Below, one piece after another: positions 11,310 through 24,400 of a stretch of 64,000 bases of DNA. Where the stretch lies: positions 467,271 to 531,270 of the forward strand of contig NW_003314376.1 in assembly GCF_000143415.4 (NCBI RefSeq), written 5' to 3'. Numbering within the stretch: position 1 is the first letter of the stretch; every line of letters starts with the position of its first letter. Source of the DNA: Selaginella moellendorffii. Lineage: Eukaryota > Plantae > Lycopodiophyta. Both the position numbers and the translations under genes were made by a program. The notes beneath the pieces are model-generated. The model was not told the DNA's origin. It searched no databases and was given only the letters and a program-made list of their open reading frames with translations.

Positions 11310-14078
11310 ATGAAGCGATCTTTCATCCGAGCTATGCATTTCTCGGCATCATCCTCGAACCATGTTTTTGATCTGGAGAGAGCAGTGGAGCGAATCTCGA
11401 GCCAAGAGAGCTGCCCAATTGTGTCCGACTACGCCCCTCTCCTCCGCCAGTGCTCCAAGCAAAGATCCCTCCACTCGGGAAGGCGGCTCCACGCGCAAAT
11501 CCTCCGCCACCGCCTCGATCGCCACACTCTCCTCTGCAATCTTCTCGTCCAGATGTATGGCAGATGCGGCTGTCTCGACGAGGCCAGATCCATCTTCGAC
11601 AAGACCCCGGAGAGGAACCTCTTCTCGTGGAGCATCATGATCGCAGCATATGCCCAGAACGGGCATCCCACTTTTGCGCTTGCGGTGTACCGGGAGATGC
11701 TCCAGCGATCCATCCACGCAATAGACAGCACTACGTACGTGAGCGCGCTCAGCGCTTGCTCGGCGCTGGGCGATCTAGAAACGGGTAAATCCATCCACGA
11801 ACGAATCCTCTCCAGCAAACTCGAGATTGACGCTTTTCTGGGCACAGCACTGATCAGCATGTACTCCAAGTGTGGATGCCTGGAGGAAGCTCACGAGTGC
11901 TTTGATTGCGTTCTTCGCAAGGATATCGTAGTGTGGAACGCAATTATTGCGGCATTTGCCCAGAACGGGCATCCGCAGCGCGCGCTAAACTTCTTCCATG
12001 CGATCCCGCGGGGTGAGCTCCAGCCCAACAATCTCACGCTGGTAAGCGCACTGGATGCGTGCTCGGATCTGGCAGCGCTGGAGGAGGGCAGGAAGATCCA
12101 CGCGCTGATCGAATCGTCGCCAGAGCTGACGCTGGGTGGGAGCATGGGGAATGCGCTCGTCAATCTCTACGGCAAATGCGGGAGGGTGATCGATGCGAGG
12201 GCCGTGTTTGATGCTCTCCGCCCGAGAACTGTGGTGTCGTGGACATCCATGATCGCGGCCTACGCGCAAAATGGGCACAGCGATCAAGCGCTGGAGCTGT
12301 TTCAGCGGATGGACATGGCGCCCAATGGCGTGACGCTCTTGAGCGTGCTCCAGGCCTGCGTGGGAAGGCTCGATCGGCTGCGCGAGATCCATGCCACGGC
12401 GGAGTCGCGAGGATTGGCCAGGGATCTCTCGGTGGCAAACACGCTCATTGATGTCTACGGCAAGTGCGAGGACGTGGATGGAGCGAGGGCGGTGTTTGAT
12501 TCCATCCCGATCAAGAACGTTGTCTCCTGGAACGCGATGATCGCAGCCTACGCGCACAATTGGCGTACCAATCCCGCAGTAGAGCTGTTCCATCGCATGG
12601 ATTTGGAAGGGGCAATGCCCAACGCGATCACCTTCGTCACTGTTCTAGGCGCATGCCCTCCTTCTTCCATATGGAATCAGAATCAGAATATCCCAGAGAA
12701 TCAGAATCTGGATCTGAATATTCAAGGAAATCAGAATATGCGGAAGATTCGTGGGTTTTCCCTCGCGCTGGGCGCCCAGATCCACGAGAGGATCGTCGCG
12801 TCCGGGCTCCAATCCGATGTGATCGTCGCGACCGCGGTGCTGACCATGTATGGGCGATGCCAGCGGCTGGATGTGGCGGAGCGCGTCTTCCTGGAGATGG
12901 GCGGCGCCAAGAACGCCGTGTCGTGGAACGCGCTCATCAACGCCTGCGTCGAGAATGGCGAGTGCGATGCGGCCTTGCGGCTGTTTTTCAGGATGATGAG
13001 CGAGCCCTCCGTCCAGCCCAATGGCCTCACTTTCGTGGCGGCGCTCGAGGCGTCTTCGGCGCTGGGCGATCTGGCCACCGGCAAAGCTATCCACGAGAGA
13101 ATCGTCGATCTGGCGATGGACGCCGAGACCGTGGTGACCAACGCACTGATAACGATGTATGGAAGATGCGGCAGCCTGAGCGATGCTAGAAAGGTTCTCG
13201 AGTCAAGCTCGTCGAGAGATGTAGTGTCGTGGAATGCGATGATCGCAGCATATGCCCGGAATGGGCATCACAAGGAGGTACTAGATCTATACTGGGCAAT
13301 GCTGCTCGAAGGATACAGGCCCGTGGAGGCCACTTTTCTTCCACTCCTCGACGCCTGCTGCTGCCTCCGAGATGTCGAGTCCGAGCACCGCAAAGGCTCT
13401 CACGCAGGGAAAACGATCCACGCACACATACGGCTCGCTGGCTTCGATGGCTCCCCGCTGCTCGACTCGGCGCTCGTCAACATGTATGGCAAGGTCGGAA
13501 ACCTCGACTCCGCCATGGTGGTGTTTACGCAAATGCGGGAGCGAGACGCCATCACTTGGACTGCTATGATCTCATCGTACGCCCAGCACGGGCATAGCAG
13601 GCAAGCACTCTCACTTTTTAGTTCCATGCTGCTCGACGGCATTGCCACCGATGCTGTGACGCTCGCCTGTGTAAGTTCGGCGTGCAGCCACTCGGGAGAC
13701 GTGAAGCTCGGGTGGGACTACTTCGTGTCGAGTGTGCGCGACTTTGGCGAGCGGCCAACTTTCGAGCACTATGTGGTGATGTCGGATATGCTCAGCCGAG
13801 CTGGGAGGCTCCAGGAGGCCGAAGATTTGCTGAGAAGTATGCCGTTCCAGCCGGACTTGGTGTCGTGGAGGACGCTGCTCAGTGCGTGCTCGAATCACAA
13901 CAATCCTCACGTTGGAAAACGAGCCGCCGATCGTATCCTAGAGCTGAGTCCCAGCGATCCTGCAGCATTGGTTTTGCTGTCCAACATATACTCGGCCGCA
14001 GGGATGAGTGATGAGGCCGAGAAGTTGAGGCGAGAACACAAGATCGGGGTTTGGAATTCGATTTGTCAATGTCATTAA
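11310..14078 (+). CDS. PPR-A: PLS-class pentatricopeptide repeat protein with E domain, no DYW (922 aa, intronless)
   Basis: Repeated P-L-S triplets (VSWNAMIAAYAQNGH, PNxxTFVxxLxAC, NALVNMYGKCG) and terminal E motifs (MPFQPDLVSWRTLLSAC, LVLLSNIYSAAG). Probable organellar RNA-editing factor (inference). Confidence 0.95.
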   Translation: MKRSFIRAMHFSASSSNHVFDLERAVERISSQESCPIVSDYAPLLRQCSKQRSLHSGRRLHAQILRHRLDRHTLLCNLLVQMYGRCGCLDEARSIFDKTPERNLFSWSIMIAAYAQNGHPTFALAVYREMLQRSIHAIDSTTYVSALSACSALGDLETGKSIHERILSSKLEIDAFLGTALISMYSKCGCLEEAHECFDCVLRKDIVVWNAIIAAFAQNGHPQRALNFFHAIPRGELQPNNLTLVSALDACSDLAALEEGRKIHALIESSPELTLGGSMGNALVNLYGKCGRVIDARAVFDALRPRTVVSWTSMIAAYAQNGHSDQALELFQRMDMAPNGVTLLSVLQACVGRLDRLREIHATAESRGLARDLSVANTLIDVYGKCEDVDGARAVFDSIPIKNVVSWNAMIAAYAHNWRTNPAVELFHRMDLEGAMPNAITFVTVLGACPPSSIWNQNQNIPENQNLDLNIQGNQNMRKIRGFSLALGAQIHERIVASGLQSDVIVATAVLTMYGRCQRLDVAERVFLEMGGAKNAVSWNALINACVENGECDAALRLFFRMMSEPSVQPNGLTFVAALEASSALGDLATGKAIHERIVDLAMDAETVVTNALITMYGRCGSLSDARKVLESSSSRDVVSWNAMIAAYARNGHHKEVLDLYWAMLLEGYRPVEATFLPLLDACCCLRDVESEHRKGSHAGKTIHAHIRLAGFDGSPLLDSALVNMYGKVGNLDSAMVVFTQMRERDAITWTAMISSYAQHGHSRQALSLFSSMLLDGIATDAVTLACVSSACSHSGDVKLGWDYFVSSVRDFGERPTFEHYVVMSDMLSRAGRLQEAEDLLRSMPFQPDLVSWRTLLSACSNHNNPHVGKRAADRILELSPSDPAALVLLSNIYSAAGMSDEAEKLRREHKIGVWNSICQCH

Positions 14079-14079
14079 A

Positions 14080-14330
14080 AGCGCGTTTGCGGAGCAGGGA
14101 ATGAAGACTCCCCCGCGATCGTAAGGAGTAAACACGAGCTTCGTGATCTTGTCGCTTGGCTTCGAAAACAGATCGAGAATAATGGTGATGAGATCTCGCG
14201 TCCCAGGAGATCGATCATTATCCATACTGCTGGTTTGTGAGGACAAATTCGAAATCCAGAGTAGCCAGCGGTCTACACTTGAAGTGTTCAGCACAGAAAC
14301 AATTCGTCAGGAGGGAGTTGGAGCTTCTTG
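14080..14330 (-). pseudogene. Relic of the PPR-B 3' end
   Basis: Colinear with 30001-30300 (gcgcgtttgc..agcaggga, cgtcccaggagatcgatcat, tccatactgctggtt) with deletions. Confidence 0.8.
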
Positions 14331-16986
14331 GAGCAAGCATCGAATGAACCGATGCCCATTTCGCTGTGTCATCCTTAGACGTTTTCATATGCCCACACAT
14401 TGTGCCAACTGTGACTATCCCGTTTGCATGCATACAGACTTTCAAATGTGGCATTGGTAAATTAGCTCCATTCAACCAACTTAAAGTAGGTGGTAGATTC
14501 CAATTGTAGATTGTATTCATTCTAATTACTAGACTTTAAAAATTAGCTTAGCAATTTATGGAAAAAAAATCTATTTTGGAGTTATCTAATCTAGATTGAG
14601 GATTTCCTTTTTAAGGGTTTGGTCATTCATCCTTATATATTCTAAAAAGAAAATATATTTTTGAATCTTATGAAATATATAAATATATATTGTGAGTTAA
14701 ATATGGAAATGGAATACAAAAATATGCCCAAAAACCCTAATTTATATATAGAAAGGAATAATTCAGATTAAAATCAATCTAAGACTATATGGCATTATAA
14801 CTATACATTTAGACCTCACATCATCAGAATGATGGAAAACAATTAGGATTCTTTGGTAAATGGGCTGGGATCTAGAGGAACATTAAGAAGAGACATCAAT
14901 GGATTTGTAAATGGTATCAATTGTTCTTTATCCCAAATGTTTTAACTGTTGCACATGTGTAAATTCTAGAGGATTAACTTATTGAATGTCATGCCAAACT
15001 TTATAAATTGCAGTCCAACTTGCTATAACACTTGATATGGTCTCTTCCACTAAACAAAAAACCTTTAGACAAACCATATATTGTAAGATTGGGAAAATAA
15101 ATTAACATTAAATCATCCATTTTGTATTCTACAAATGGATGATGATGAGAGTTATAGTGATGTTGTTGTCCCATTTGTATGCAACCCAAGTGTTTAATAG
15201 ACTCCATTAGGAAAAGTAGAAGAATATTTGTCAAATACAAATTTTAGGACTTAATATCGTTAGCTCATAGCAATCACAAAGATAAACTTAGCTCAGTATT
15301 TGATCATGACTATATAGGAGTTTATATAGTGAAGCATTAACATAACTCTATACCCTTGTGATATACATATATTGAAGAGATAACAAATAACTATCCCAAT
15401 CTAAATGTTAAAGGTTCACATACTTTGTTATCATCTCTTTGAAAGTTCGGTTAAAACATGAAATGTCCCAGCCATAAATGTAGAATCATTATTTAAGAGA
15501 ATCCACTTAAACAAGAATGTTAGAACACCATTTGATTGAGAAGGAAATATCGAACAATACTAGTAAAAGCATTAACTTCCACCTAGTGAGTCAAGTAATC
15601 AGAAACAATAATGACATATTCATTATCAGCAGTCAACCATGAAAAATGCCCCATAAGATCACCAACTCAAACGGATGGAAAATTACAATTAACTTTAACT
15701 GTTCTTCCCCAACATAAGGGGGAGTATTACAAACTTGGCACCAAATGCAGTTATTCATATACCAAATAAAATCATATTACATCTCCGGTTAATAAAAAGA
15801 TCTACATAATTTCTTAATCACATGACAATATTTTATATGCCCACATAGAATAGAAGAATCATGATAGGCATAGAGAAAGTGTTGAATAAAGTTTGAAGGC
15901 ACCCCCAACCATAAATGATCATTAGGATCAATCCCTATAAAATAAAGAAGGTTATCTTCAAGGCGATATGAAAAATATAAATGCCGAAATGGCAAGTCAT
16001 CAATAAATGATACAGGATTCTCCAATCCATCATAAAACTTTTGGATCCACAACTTAACTTTTTGAGCTTCATGAACTTTTTCAAGAAAAGGTAAATTTTG
16101 CTCCACACCTTGTGGACACTAAATATCAAGTATAACAACCATTGACGACACAAAACCCTTGTTCAAACAGTCCATTAATGATAAAACAATAAGTTCATTA
16201 GGAATAAGAGAAGAGAGCGAAGAAGGGAGATGAGTTCAAGAAAAGGCATTAATATTAACCATAAAACTCTTGGGTAATGAACAACTCCAAAATTATATAT
16301 TTAAAATTTTAGAGCTCACTTTATTTAAACCAAATAGCATCACTAAAAACTCATACAAAGTAAATAGTGTACTAAAAGTAATTTTAGAAACATCTTTTCT
16401 TGCCATTAGCATTTGCCAATATCTAAAAATAAAATCTAACTTAATAAACTAATGATTTCTCCCCAAATGATTTAGGAGATCAACAATATGAAGAAGAGGG
16501 TATATATTTAAGATAGTCACCTTGTTTAATGAATAATAGTTAATATAGAAGTGAATGCTTCAATTAGGCTTTGTTATAAGATGAGGTTCACACATCTAAG
16601 GACTCCATGGATAACACCCTTTCTTAACATTTTTTTGACGTTTGTGTGTAAAATCTTGATCTTCTTTGATGACTAAGACAAAACAAAAGTTTTGATTGGA
16701 GAAGTATCCCTAGTTGGGATAAAATGACATGTTGCAATCTTAGCCTCAAATAACATGTCAAAGTTGAAGAGATTAACATACTCTTTCTTGAGTTGATCCA
16801 TCGCTGCGATATAAAGACCATTGGAAAGATCTAGAGAGGGAATAAAAGAGCAAGATGGAAACACAGTAAGAATAATAAAGAGAAAAAAGTGATGGAAGTA
16901 AAGGTAGAAGTAGAGGAACAAAAAGGAATAGAAGTGAGAGGAATGTATAAAAAACTAAAGAGAATAACTCAAAAGACAATTTATAA

Positions 16987-17530
16987 AAGTTCAAATATAA
17001 AAGGAAAAAGCCTATGAATAAGAGTGCACCCCCTTTTCCAGTTGATTAAAAGTCTTGGGATATTTAGGGTTAAGTGTCCATAGGTTTAAATAATATTAGG
17101 TTGGATGACCTCTCGTGAAGTCCAAATCCAAAAACTTACATTTGGTATTATAGTGGTTTCGGGTCCAATTTTGTCGGTTGGCTTAAGGAAATCATACCAT
17201 ATATTGATTGATATCTGGCAAGTTTAGTTTGCTTCAGTTGGGCTCGACCCAAGGGGTAGGGTGTTGAGAGCAGGGTCTCAGAAGAGTTGTGGCTCTTAGT
17301 TTTCATTCACGAAAGTATGAACTTGCAGGGAAGCGTGATAGATTATAAGCAACTAAAGGGAATAACTCAAGAGATGATCTATATGGGTTTAAATATAGAA
17401 GAAAAGGGCCTATGAATAAAAGTGCATTCTTTTTTTCAATCGGTTAAAGATCTTAGGATACATAGGGTTAAACGTCCCTGGGTTTGAATAATACTGGATT
17501 GGGTGATCTTTCGAGATGTCTAAATCTAAG
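16987..17530 (+). repeat. ~145-bp dispersed repeat, two copies here (~16987-17135, ~17387-17530) and a third at ~52574-52740
   Basis: Shared aaatata..cctatgaataaaagtgca..cttggg..agggttaa..ggtttgaata..gaagtccaaat; probably LTR-derived. Confidence 0.7.
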
Positions 17531-17924
17531 AACTTAATAAATATGAGGAAGTATGAGACAAGAGGGAGAGAGACAAGATCTCTTATTATTCTCTCTATAT
17601 TAGTTAATATAAGCTTGAATTTATCTTCTATTGCTCAACTTGTTGCCACACATTGCCATCTATAGTTGCGTTACACAATAAAGGCAATTTTCATTCTTAA
17701 TAGCAACAATTATACATATGTATGTACACAAAATGAGGCAAACTTAGCTATGCATATGGGAGATCTCAAGTTTGAATTTCAATTGTTTCGGGTGGTGCTA
17801 AGTCAAGCTTTTGACCTCATCCTTAGTATGGATTGGTTGTAGTGCAATTATGCCAACTGTGATTTTGAAATAAAAATGAGCTCAAAAAGTAAACACTGAA
17901 TGAATTGTACAAACAACTAATTTT

Positions 17925-18790
17925 TCCATTTTACTTTAACCACTTAACCACACCTTTGACCATTTGAAGGCCCTTCGTCCTTGAGTGGTCATCTTTTAAC
18001 CACACCTTAGCACCCTTTGACCATTTGAAGAAGTCTCATTCACAACCTTCATAAATCTTATTCCTGATTTGGGGACATAATATTCCCATAAATGACATCT
18101 ATGCCACTTAACCTTTGCACTTAGTCCAAATGCTCCATATGTCAAATCTCATGATTGACATTTAAAAGTACCACTAATATATCAACCCATTATGTTAAGG
18201 CCATGCCCATTCACCCTTATTATATCGGTAATCCAAGATCATCTATATCACAGTCCCGTCTCTCAAAGACTAGGCCCTCTGTCCCTGAGTGGTCATCTTT
18301 TAACCACACCTTAGCACCCTTAAGATGCCTAGAGATATAGAGAACATCCTTCCCCAATGTCCCTTCTTTAGTCCCCACCAACTCCTTGTAAGCAATTAAA
18401 TTTTTCTATTTTACTTTAGCTTCTTAACCACGCCTTTGACTACTTAGAGGAGTCTTACTTATGAACTCCATAAGTCTTATTCCTGACTTGGGGGTATACT
18501 AGCCCGATAAATGGCATCTATGCCATTCAGCCTTTGCACTTGGTCTAAGTGCTCCATATGTCTAATCTCATAACTAACACCCAAAAGTACCACCAACATA
18601 TCAGGCCTACCCTAAAGTTATGTCCATTTATCCTTGTCACATCAGTAATCCAAGACTACCTACATCACAGTCCCGTCTCTTAAAGACTGAGCTATCTGTT
18701 CATGAGTGGTCATCCCTAACCACACCTTAGCACCTTTAGGATGCCCAAAAATATAGAGAATACCCTTCCCCAATATCCTTTCTTCCATTC
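17925..18790 (+). repeat. Two ~450-bp diverged tandem units, with an inverted relic at ~45420-45750
   Basis: Repeated ttttactt..ttaaccac, tcttattcctga.ttgggg, cctttgcactt.gtc, gagtggtcatc..taaccacaccttagcacc. Confidence 0.7.
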
Positions 18791-18839
18791 CCCCCAAGTC
18801 CCTTTCCTTCCACAGATGTGCTTGTCAACACTACCATTA

Positions 18840-20940
18840 GATCAAGGCCCAAATGCCCAACCACTAAGTCCTATTAACCTTTGGGACTTCCAATTGTATC
18901 CTTGGTCACTACACCAAAGGACTACTCCTTTTCCTTTCTATAGTTTGGGACTTTGGGATGATATTTTAAAACACCATGGCCCTATACAAACTTCATAGGT
19001 ACTCTCCCCACCTTTTGCCCTTAGGTGCCTTAGCCATATGGCTAGAGTGAGGTTCTAATGAGCCATGCCAAGTATCAAAGTAGGTAGTGCTACCTATATT
19101 TGGATTGAGAGCAATGACCATTAGATCTCTCGAGGGAGTTAAAGTTGGCTCTTGAACACTTCATCAAACTACCTCGCTTGTCTGTCTGTATTTACTTTAG
19201 CTTTGAACTCTTCAATAGTTATATCATCACTCAATACATAGGTATAGCATTCCTTGGTCACATTGGCTTTTCCTACCCAAATTGGCTCCATTAGAGTCCT
19301 CCCCTTATTATACTTTTGGAGCTCACAAAACCCCCTAGGGTCTAGAAGACAATCGTTTTGGGCTTTCACCCTCGGACTCAAACTTGGACTCGAACTTGGA
19401 CTTGAACTTGAACTTAGACTCAGTCTCGGTCTTGGACTCAGTCTTAGTCTTGGTCTCGGTCTCAATTTCGGTCTCAATCTTGGAGTCGATCTCAAACTCT
19501 ATCTCAGGTCCATTTCGGACTCTATCTCAAGTCCATCTTAGACTCCATCTCGGGTCTATCTCGGGTCCATATTAGACTCCATCTCAGACTTCCATCTTGG
19601 GTCTATCTCGGACTCCATCTCAGGTCTATCTCGGGTCCATCTCACACTCCTTCTCAGACTCCATCTCGGATTTCGTTTTGAACTTCTTTTTAGACTCCAC
19701 CTCGGACTCCTTGGGTCCCATCTCGAACTCGTTCTGATACTTTTATGTATCATGACACTCACTATGTGTTAGTTCTTTTCGTGTCCCTTTCTAAAGACTC
19801 ATTCATCAATTTCTTCATGCTCATTCCTTGAGCATTTTGTTCAGAGTTCCACTCCCACTCTCGACTTTCCAAGTTAAAATTTTTGGTCCAAACATGTTAC
19901 CCTTGTTAGACTTTTGTTTTGACCACTACCATATGGCACTTTTTCAGCTCCACTCTGAGGTCTTAGGGATTTGTTTCTCCCTCTCCATCTATAGTCGTAC
20001 TTGCCAACACCACTAGTGGGTCAAGGCTTGAAGGCTTGACCACTAAGTCCCATTGACTTTTAAGACTTCCTCACCATGTGACCATATCCTTAGTCACACT
20101 ACACAAGAGAATTGCTCCTATTTCTCTTTAAGTCTAGGACTTTGGGATAATATTTTTAAACACTGTGGCCCTAAATGGTACTCTCCCCACCTTCTGCCTT
20201 TGGGTGCCCTAACCATGTGGCTAAAGCAAGGTTTTGATGAACTATATTAGGTATCCAAATAGATAATGCCACCCACACTTTGATTGGGAGCATCAATCAT
20301 TTTATCTCCCAGGGGAGCTAGAGCTAACTCTTGAACACTTCACCAAGTTACCCCAATTGACTGTCCGTGTTTACTCTAGCCTAGGACTCCTCAATGGTTA
20401 TATCATTACCCACCACATGGGTATAGCCTTCCTTGGTCACACTATCCTTTCCTGGCCAAACTAACCTTTCCCAGCCAAATTGGCTCCACTAGAGTTTTCC
20501 CCCCTACTATACTTTTGGAGCTCACCAAACCCCCTAGGGTTTGGGAGACAATCATTTTGGGCTTTCACCCTCGAACTTAGACTTAAACTTGGCCCTAGTC
20601 TTAGTTTCGGTCTCAATCCCCATCTTAGACTCCTTCTTAGGTTCATCTTAGATCCATCTCAGACTCCTTCTCGAACATCTTCTCAAACTCCTTCTCAAGT
20701 TCATCTTGGGTCCATCTTGGACTTTATCTTAGACTCCATTTTGGGTTTTTTTCTAGTGACTTGTTTATTGATCACTTTATGCTCATTCTTTGAGCACTTC
20801 GTTAGAAATTCCACTTTTGCTCTTAACTTTTTGAGTTGGAGTTTTTGGTCCAAACATGTTATGTTTATTGGACTTCCACTTCAACCACTACCATATAGCA
20901 ACCTTTTGGCTCCATTTTGAGGCTTAGGGATTTGTCTCTC
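18840..20940 (-). mobile_element. Two tandem ~1.1-kb copies of a retroelement gag-like region with internal 6-12-bp repeats
   Basis: 18840-19990 and 20020-20940 are colinear (both encode SRVKAQNDCL..PRGF.ELQKY). ctcagactccat/ggtccatct arrays at 19370-19730 and 20570-20740. Confidence 0.6.
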
Positions 20941-22299
20941 ATAACTTCACCACCCATAAATAAAGTTTGATATCCTCATCAAACGATAAACTTTTTTGTC
21001 AAATAATCTCACCATAGATTACCATTTTCATCTTTAGCACCAAGCTAATATTCATTAAAGAATACTTATCAAAAGACCTTCCACTACTTGTGTAACTCCT
21101 TGTTTCCTAGAAGAATCTTTGTGTTAAAACCTTCAATTACAATAACACCAATAAAACAATGTTGATGTTAAAGCCTCCACCTAAAAAATGGAGGACACAA
21201 ATCCGAAAAACACCAACAATGCCAATACATGTGGCTAATTTCATCATATGCTCAATAGTGAATATCATGGCCACAACCACATCCTCACATTTGTCTTTGA
21301 AGTGGAAGAGGCAATATATTATAACATTGTGTCAATCAAAAAATATCATTAAGGTGACTAAAGTAAGTGTATATACAAGTCCTATAATTTCTTAATGAAG
21401 TGTTAGCATAACATTCTCAACTTAGTTCACTCTAACATATTTTACTCTACACAAAGTAAAAGGCTCTAGAGGCAAATGCTAAATTGCATCACTAACTTAG
21501 ATAGCCTTTGACTAAGATGATTCAATTGTTAACATGTCCAAATATACACTTGAAGACATCAGGAGAATATTTCAATCTACACAAGTGGCTACGCTCAAAC
21601 CATTGTACCATTGCAATGCCATTCCTTATATACATATGGGAAACTCATGTAAACACCGAGTATCATCCCAAAAATGATAGGTAATAATCATTATAAAGTG
21701 ATCAAACTAATTATACATAATCCTCGAGATTCCCACAAAAGAACTTTGGTTAGATGCGAGAATTGATAGTAATAACAAAAGGAGTTATACCACACACTAT
21801 GAATGCCACCATCAATTTAGTTTAATTGTTCAACTACAACCATATAGCATCAAGCAATTGCAATAAGTACTACTCCAAAATCAAAGGAGGAAGAGGTTAT
21901 TGCTCTACCATGAAGATGAATAAAAAAGAAAAAAGAAAATGAAAAAAGCTAAGGAAAGTGATATTTAAACAATGTAAAAGCTAAATCTAAACTAAAATCC
22001 CAAATCTAAACACTCTTTAAAGATAATCAAAGTTGTCCCTCACCTCCGCCAATGTGAGTGCATTGAATATAAAAATAGAATATAGAAATGTGTATATCAA
22101 TTAGCCCAAAAACAGTAGCTTATATATATGAGTAAGTGGTCAGGCTTGAAACCAATTTGAGAGCTATCAAAATTCCACTACACTACTATTAATATACAGC
22201 ATCATACTTATACACTTGGACCTCACAACTTAAATTTGAATGAATTAAATTTTATTGAATTTAAAATAAAGACCCTAGTATAGACTTTTATCAAATGAT

Positions 22300-24400
22300 G
22301 ATTTGGATTCACTTTCAAATGCCTTTTATCGATACAATCTTGGATGTTATCATAGGAATTCATAAATGGGTTTTAGTGGATTCAAAACCATCCTCTAAAT
22401 TAGTTGACACCCTAGAAACTTTATATATAAAACCTTTGTATATAAAGTTCTTCTTTTTGGACTTGTGAATGCTCTCTCCACTTTCCAGGGTCTCATCAAC
22501 TTTGCTTCCACAACTTAATGTTGCATTCAATACTGATTTACATCAATAAATTTGATTGCCACTAGCTTGCTTCATCTTTGGTAAATCTTTGAGTGTTGTC
22601 ATCTCTACTCAATCCAACTCATTCCAGCAAACTATTAGTTCATGGTTCTAGAAGGTAGATTGCTTGGACATGTGATTTCTCAATAAACAATCACAATGTC
22701 ACATTCTAAGGTCCAATAGATCATGGCAAAGGCAATACCAACCAATGTCTAGCAAGTTTGCCAATTCTTGGGAGGCTTTATATTCTTTAGGCAATTCCTA
22801 AATGGATATACATCTCTCTTGTTTGATCTCTACAAAAGCTTCTTCATATTGGGGCCATCAGAGTGGGATAGAGACTTCCATCTTTATAGTCTCTCTCTTG
22901 GATAGAGCATGTGGGATAGCATTGTATCAATAGGATTATGATAACAAACTTTATGCCATTTACTTCACTAGACACTAGAACTCCCTTGGATTGAGATGGA
23001 TTAGCATGTGGGCTTTGTAGTGTATGCTTTCCAATGGCTTTTCCACTACTTGCTTACTCATTATATGGCACTTCATGTGCATTTACATACCCAATGATTT
23101 ACTTGCTGCACAATCCAAGGTAAACACAGTTGCTGGAGTATGACTTGGTTGAGAAAGGAAAAGTCTTTTATCCAAAAAATCTTGTGTTTGTGTTACCTGG
23201 AATGAAGTAAATTGATGACTAGCAGCTTGAATAGCCTTTTCAAGATGAGGTGCTCAACTACATTAGCCATGAATAACCATGGTATTCTGACATCATTGCA
23301 ACACTCAAAGCTCAATTGTTTGAGAACAATTTGGCATCAAATCAGCATCATCTTCAAAAGGCAGCTGGTTATATTCTTCTTGTCCGACATCTTTACAAGA
23401 GATATAGTGACAGTATACTACTACAATACATTATAATAGAGGAGTTCCCTGCAATTATCACAAATTGCCACTCATGTAGTGGCTATCTTTCATCACTTCT
23501 CTTTGCAAAGCACATCCTTCAAGTAGGGTATTTCTGATTTACTCTTTTTTGCAATATCAAGTCCTTTTTTCTAGTATTTTCTGCCATGATAGAAGTTCCA
23601 ACAAAATCGGTGTGATTGCTGTTATCCATTGGTTCCCATCAATCCAAAAGGTCCATTCACTTAATGAGGATTGGATTTTGTGGGACCATTTCCACAAGTG
23701 CAAAACCACCATCTTCATATCATCGCAGCCATGGATTATTGCATGAAGTGGTCTCAGTGATCTCGGCCAATCAAAAAGCCATAATGAACTTCATCTATGA
23801 CTTATGTTGTAAACTTTGGAGTGCCTTGCATCATTGTCTCTACAGTTCATGGGGAATATTTTTGAGAAGCTCAGCATCAGACACATAAAAGCAAGTGCAT
23901 ATTATCCATAATGCAATGGCCAAGTAAAGTCTACCAACAAGGTTCTCAAAGCCATGCTCTAGAGTATGGTTGGTGAGAATCCTCACTTGTAGCCATTTCA
24001 TCTCCAAGCACTATAGCATTTTAGAACCACATACTGATCAACATTGAGCACCTACCAATCTCTCTCTTGACTACTATGGTTGATCCAAGGACAGCTCCTC
24101 TTGCAAAGGCACAACTCCAGCATTGGCATGATCAGCTCCTCCAGCTCAAAGAACTTTGCCAAGATGCTACTGTGATGAACCAGCTCTGTTAGAGGCATAT
24201 GGAACTTTGTGTTGCAAAGCAATGTGAGACAAAGTTTGGCTCTTCTTTAAAGAGGCAAGTTGGAGGCACTATGGATTGGACCATTCTGCCATGGGTGAAA
24301 ACTCCTATTAGACCATGGTGGGCGAGCTATTTCCAAACCTCAAGGAATGGCTTGCACTTGAGGCATGACTACTTTTGATGCCTCTTTTTGGTGCTTTTTT
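22300..24400 (+). mobile_element. Degenerate gypsy pol remnant (RT to integrase)
   Basis: Decayed motifs: tttggacttgtgaatgct (FGLVNA) ~22456, ttgcttggacatgtgatt (LLGHVI) ~22660, aatggccaagtaaagtctaccaacaaggtt (NGQVKSTNKV) ~23915. Confidence 0.65.

Larger units (their letters stand above)
14691..22227 (-). mobile_element. Degenerate Ty3/gypsy LTR retrotransposon with nested insertions
   Basis: Two related short LTR-like segments, each bounded by TGTGAG...CTCACA (14691-14820 and 22053-22227). PBS-like TGGCGGAGGTGAGG directly inside the right-hand one. Integrase zinc-finger remnant YHDSSILCGH (15789-16106). No TSD or PPT recognised. Confidence 0.55.

Noticed and set aside
11349-14011. Many overlapping and antisense ORFs within PPR-A (likewise within ABCB, FLA and CCCH)
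   Set aside because: Shadow ORFs of GC-rich coding sequence.
19370-19730. CRISPR-like array, or a protein with RP/SL dipeptide repeats
   Set aside because: Degenerate 6-12-bp tandem repeats without unique spacers, inside a eukaryotic retroelement; the ORFs are repeat artefacts.
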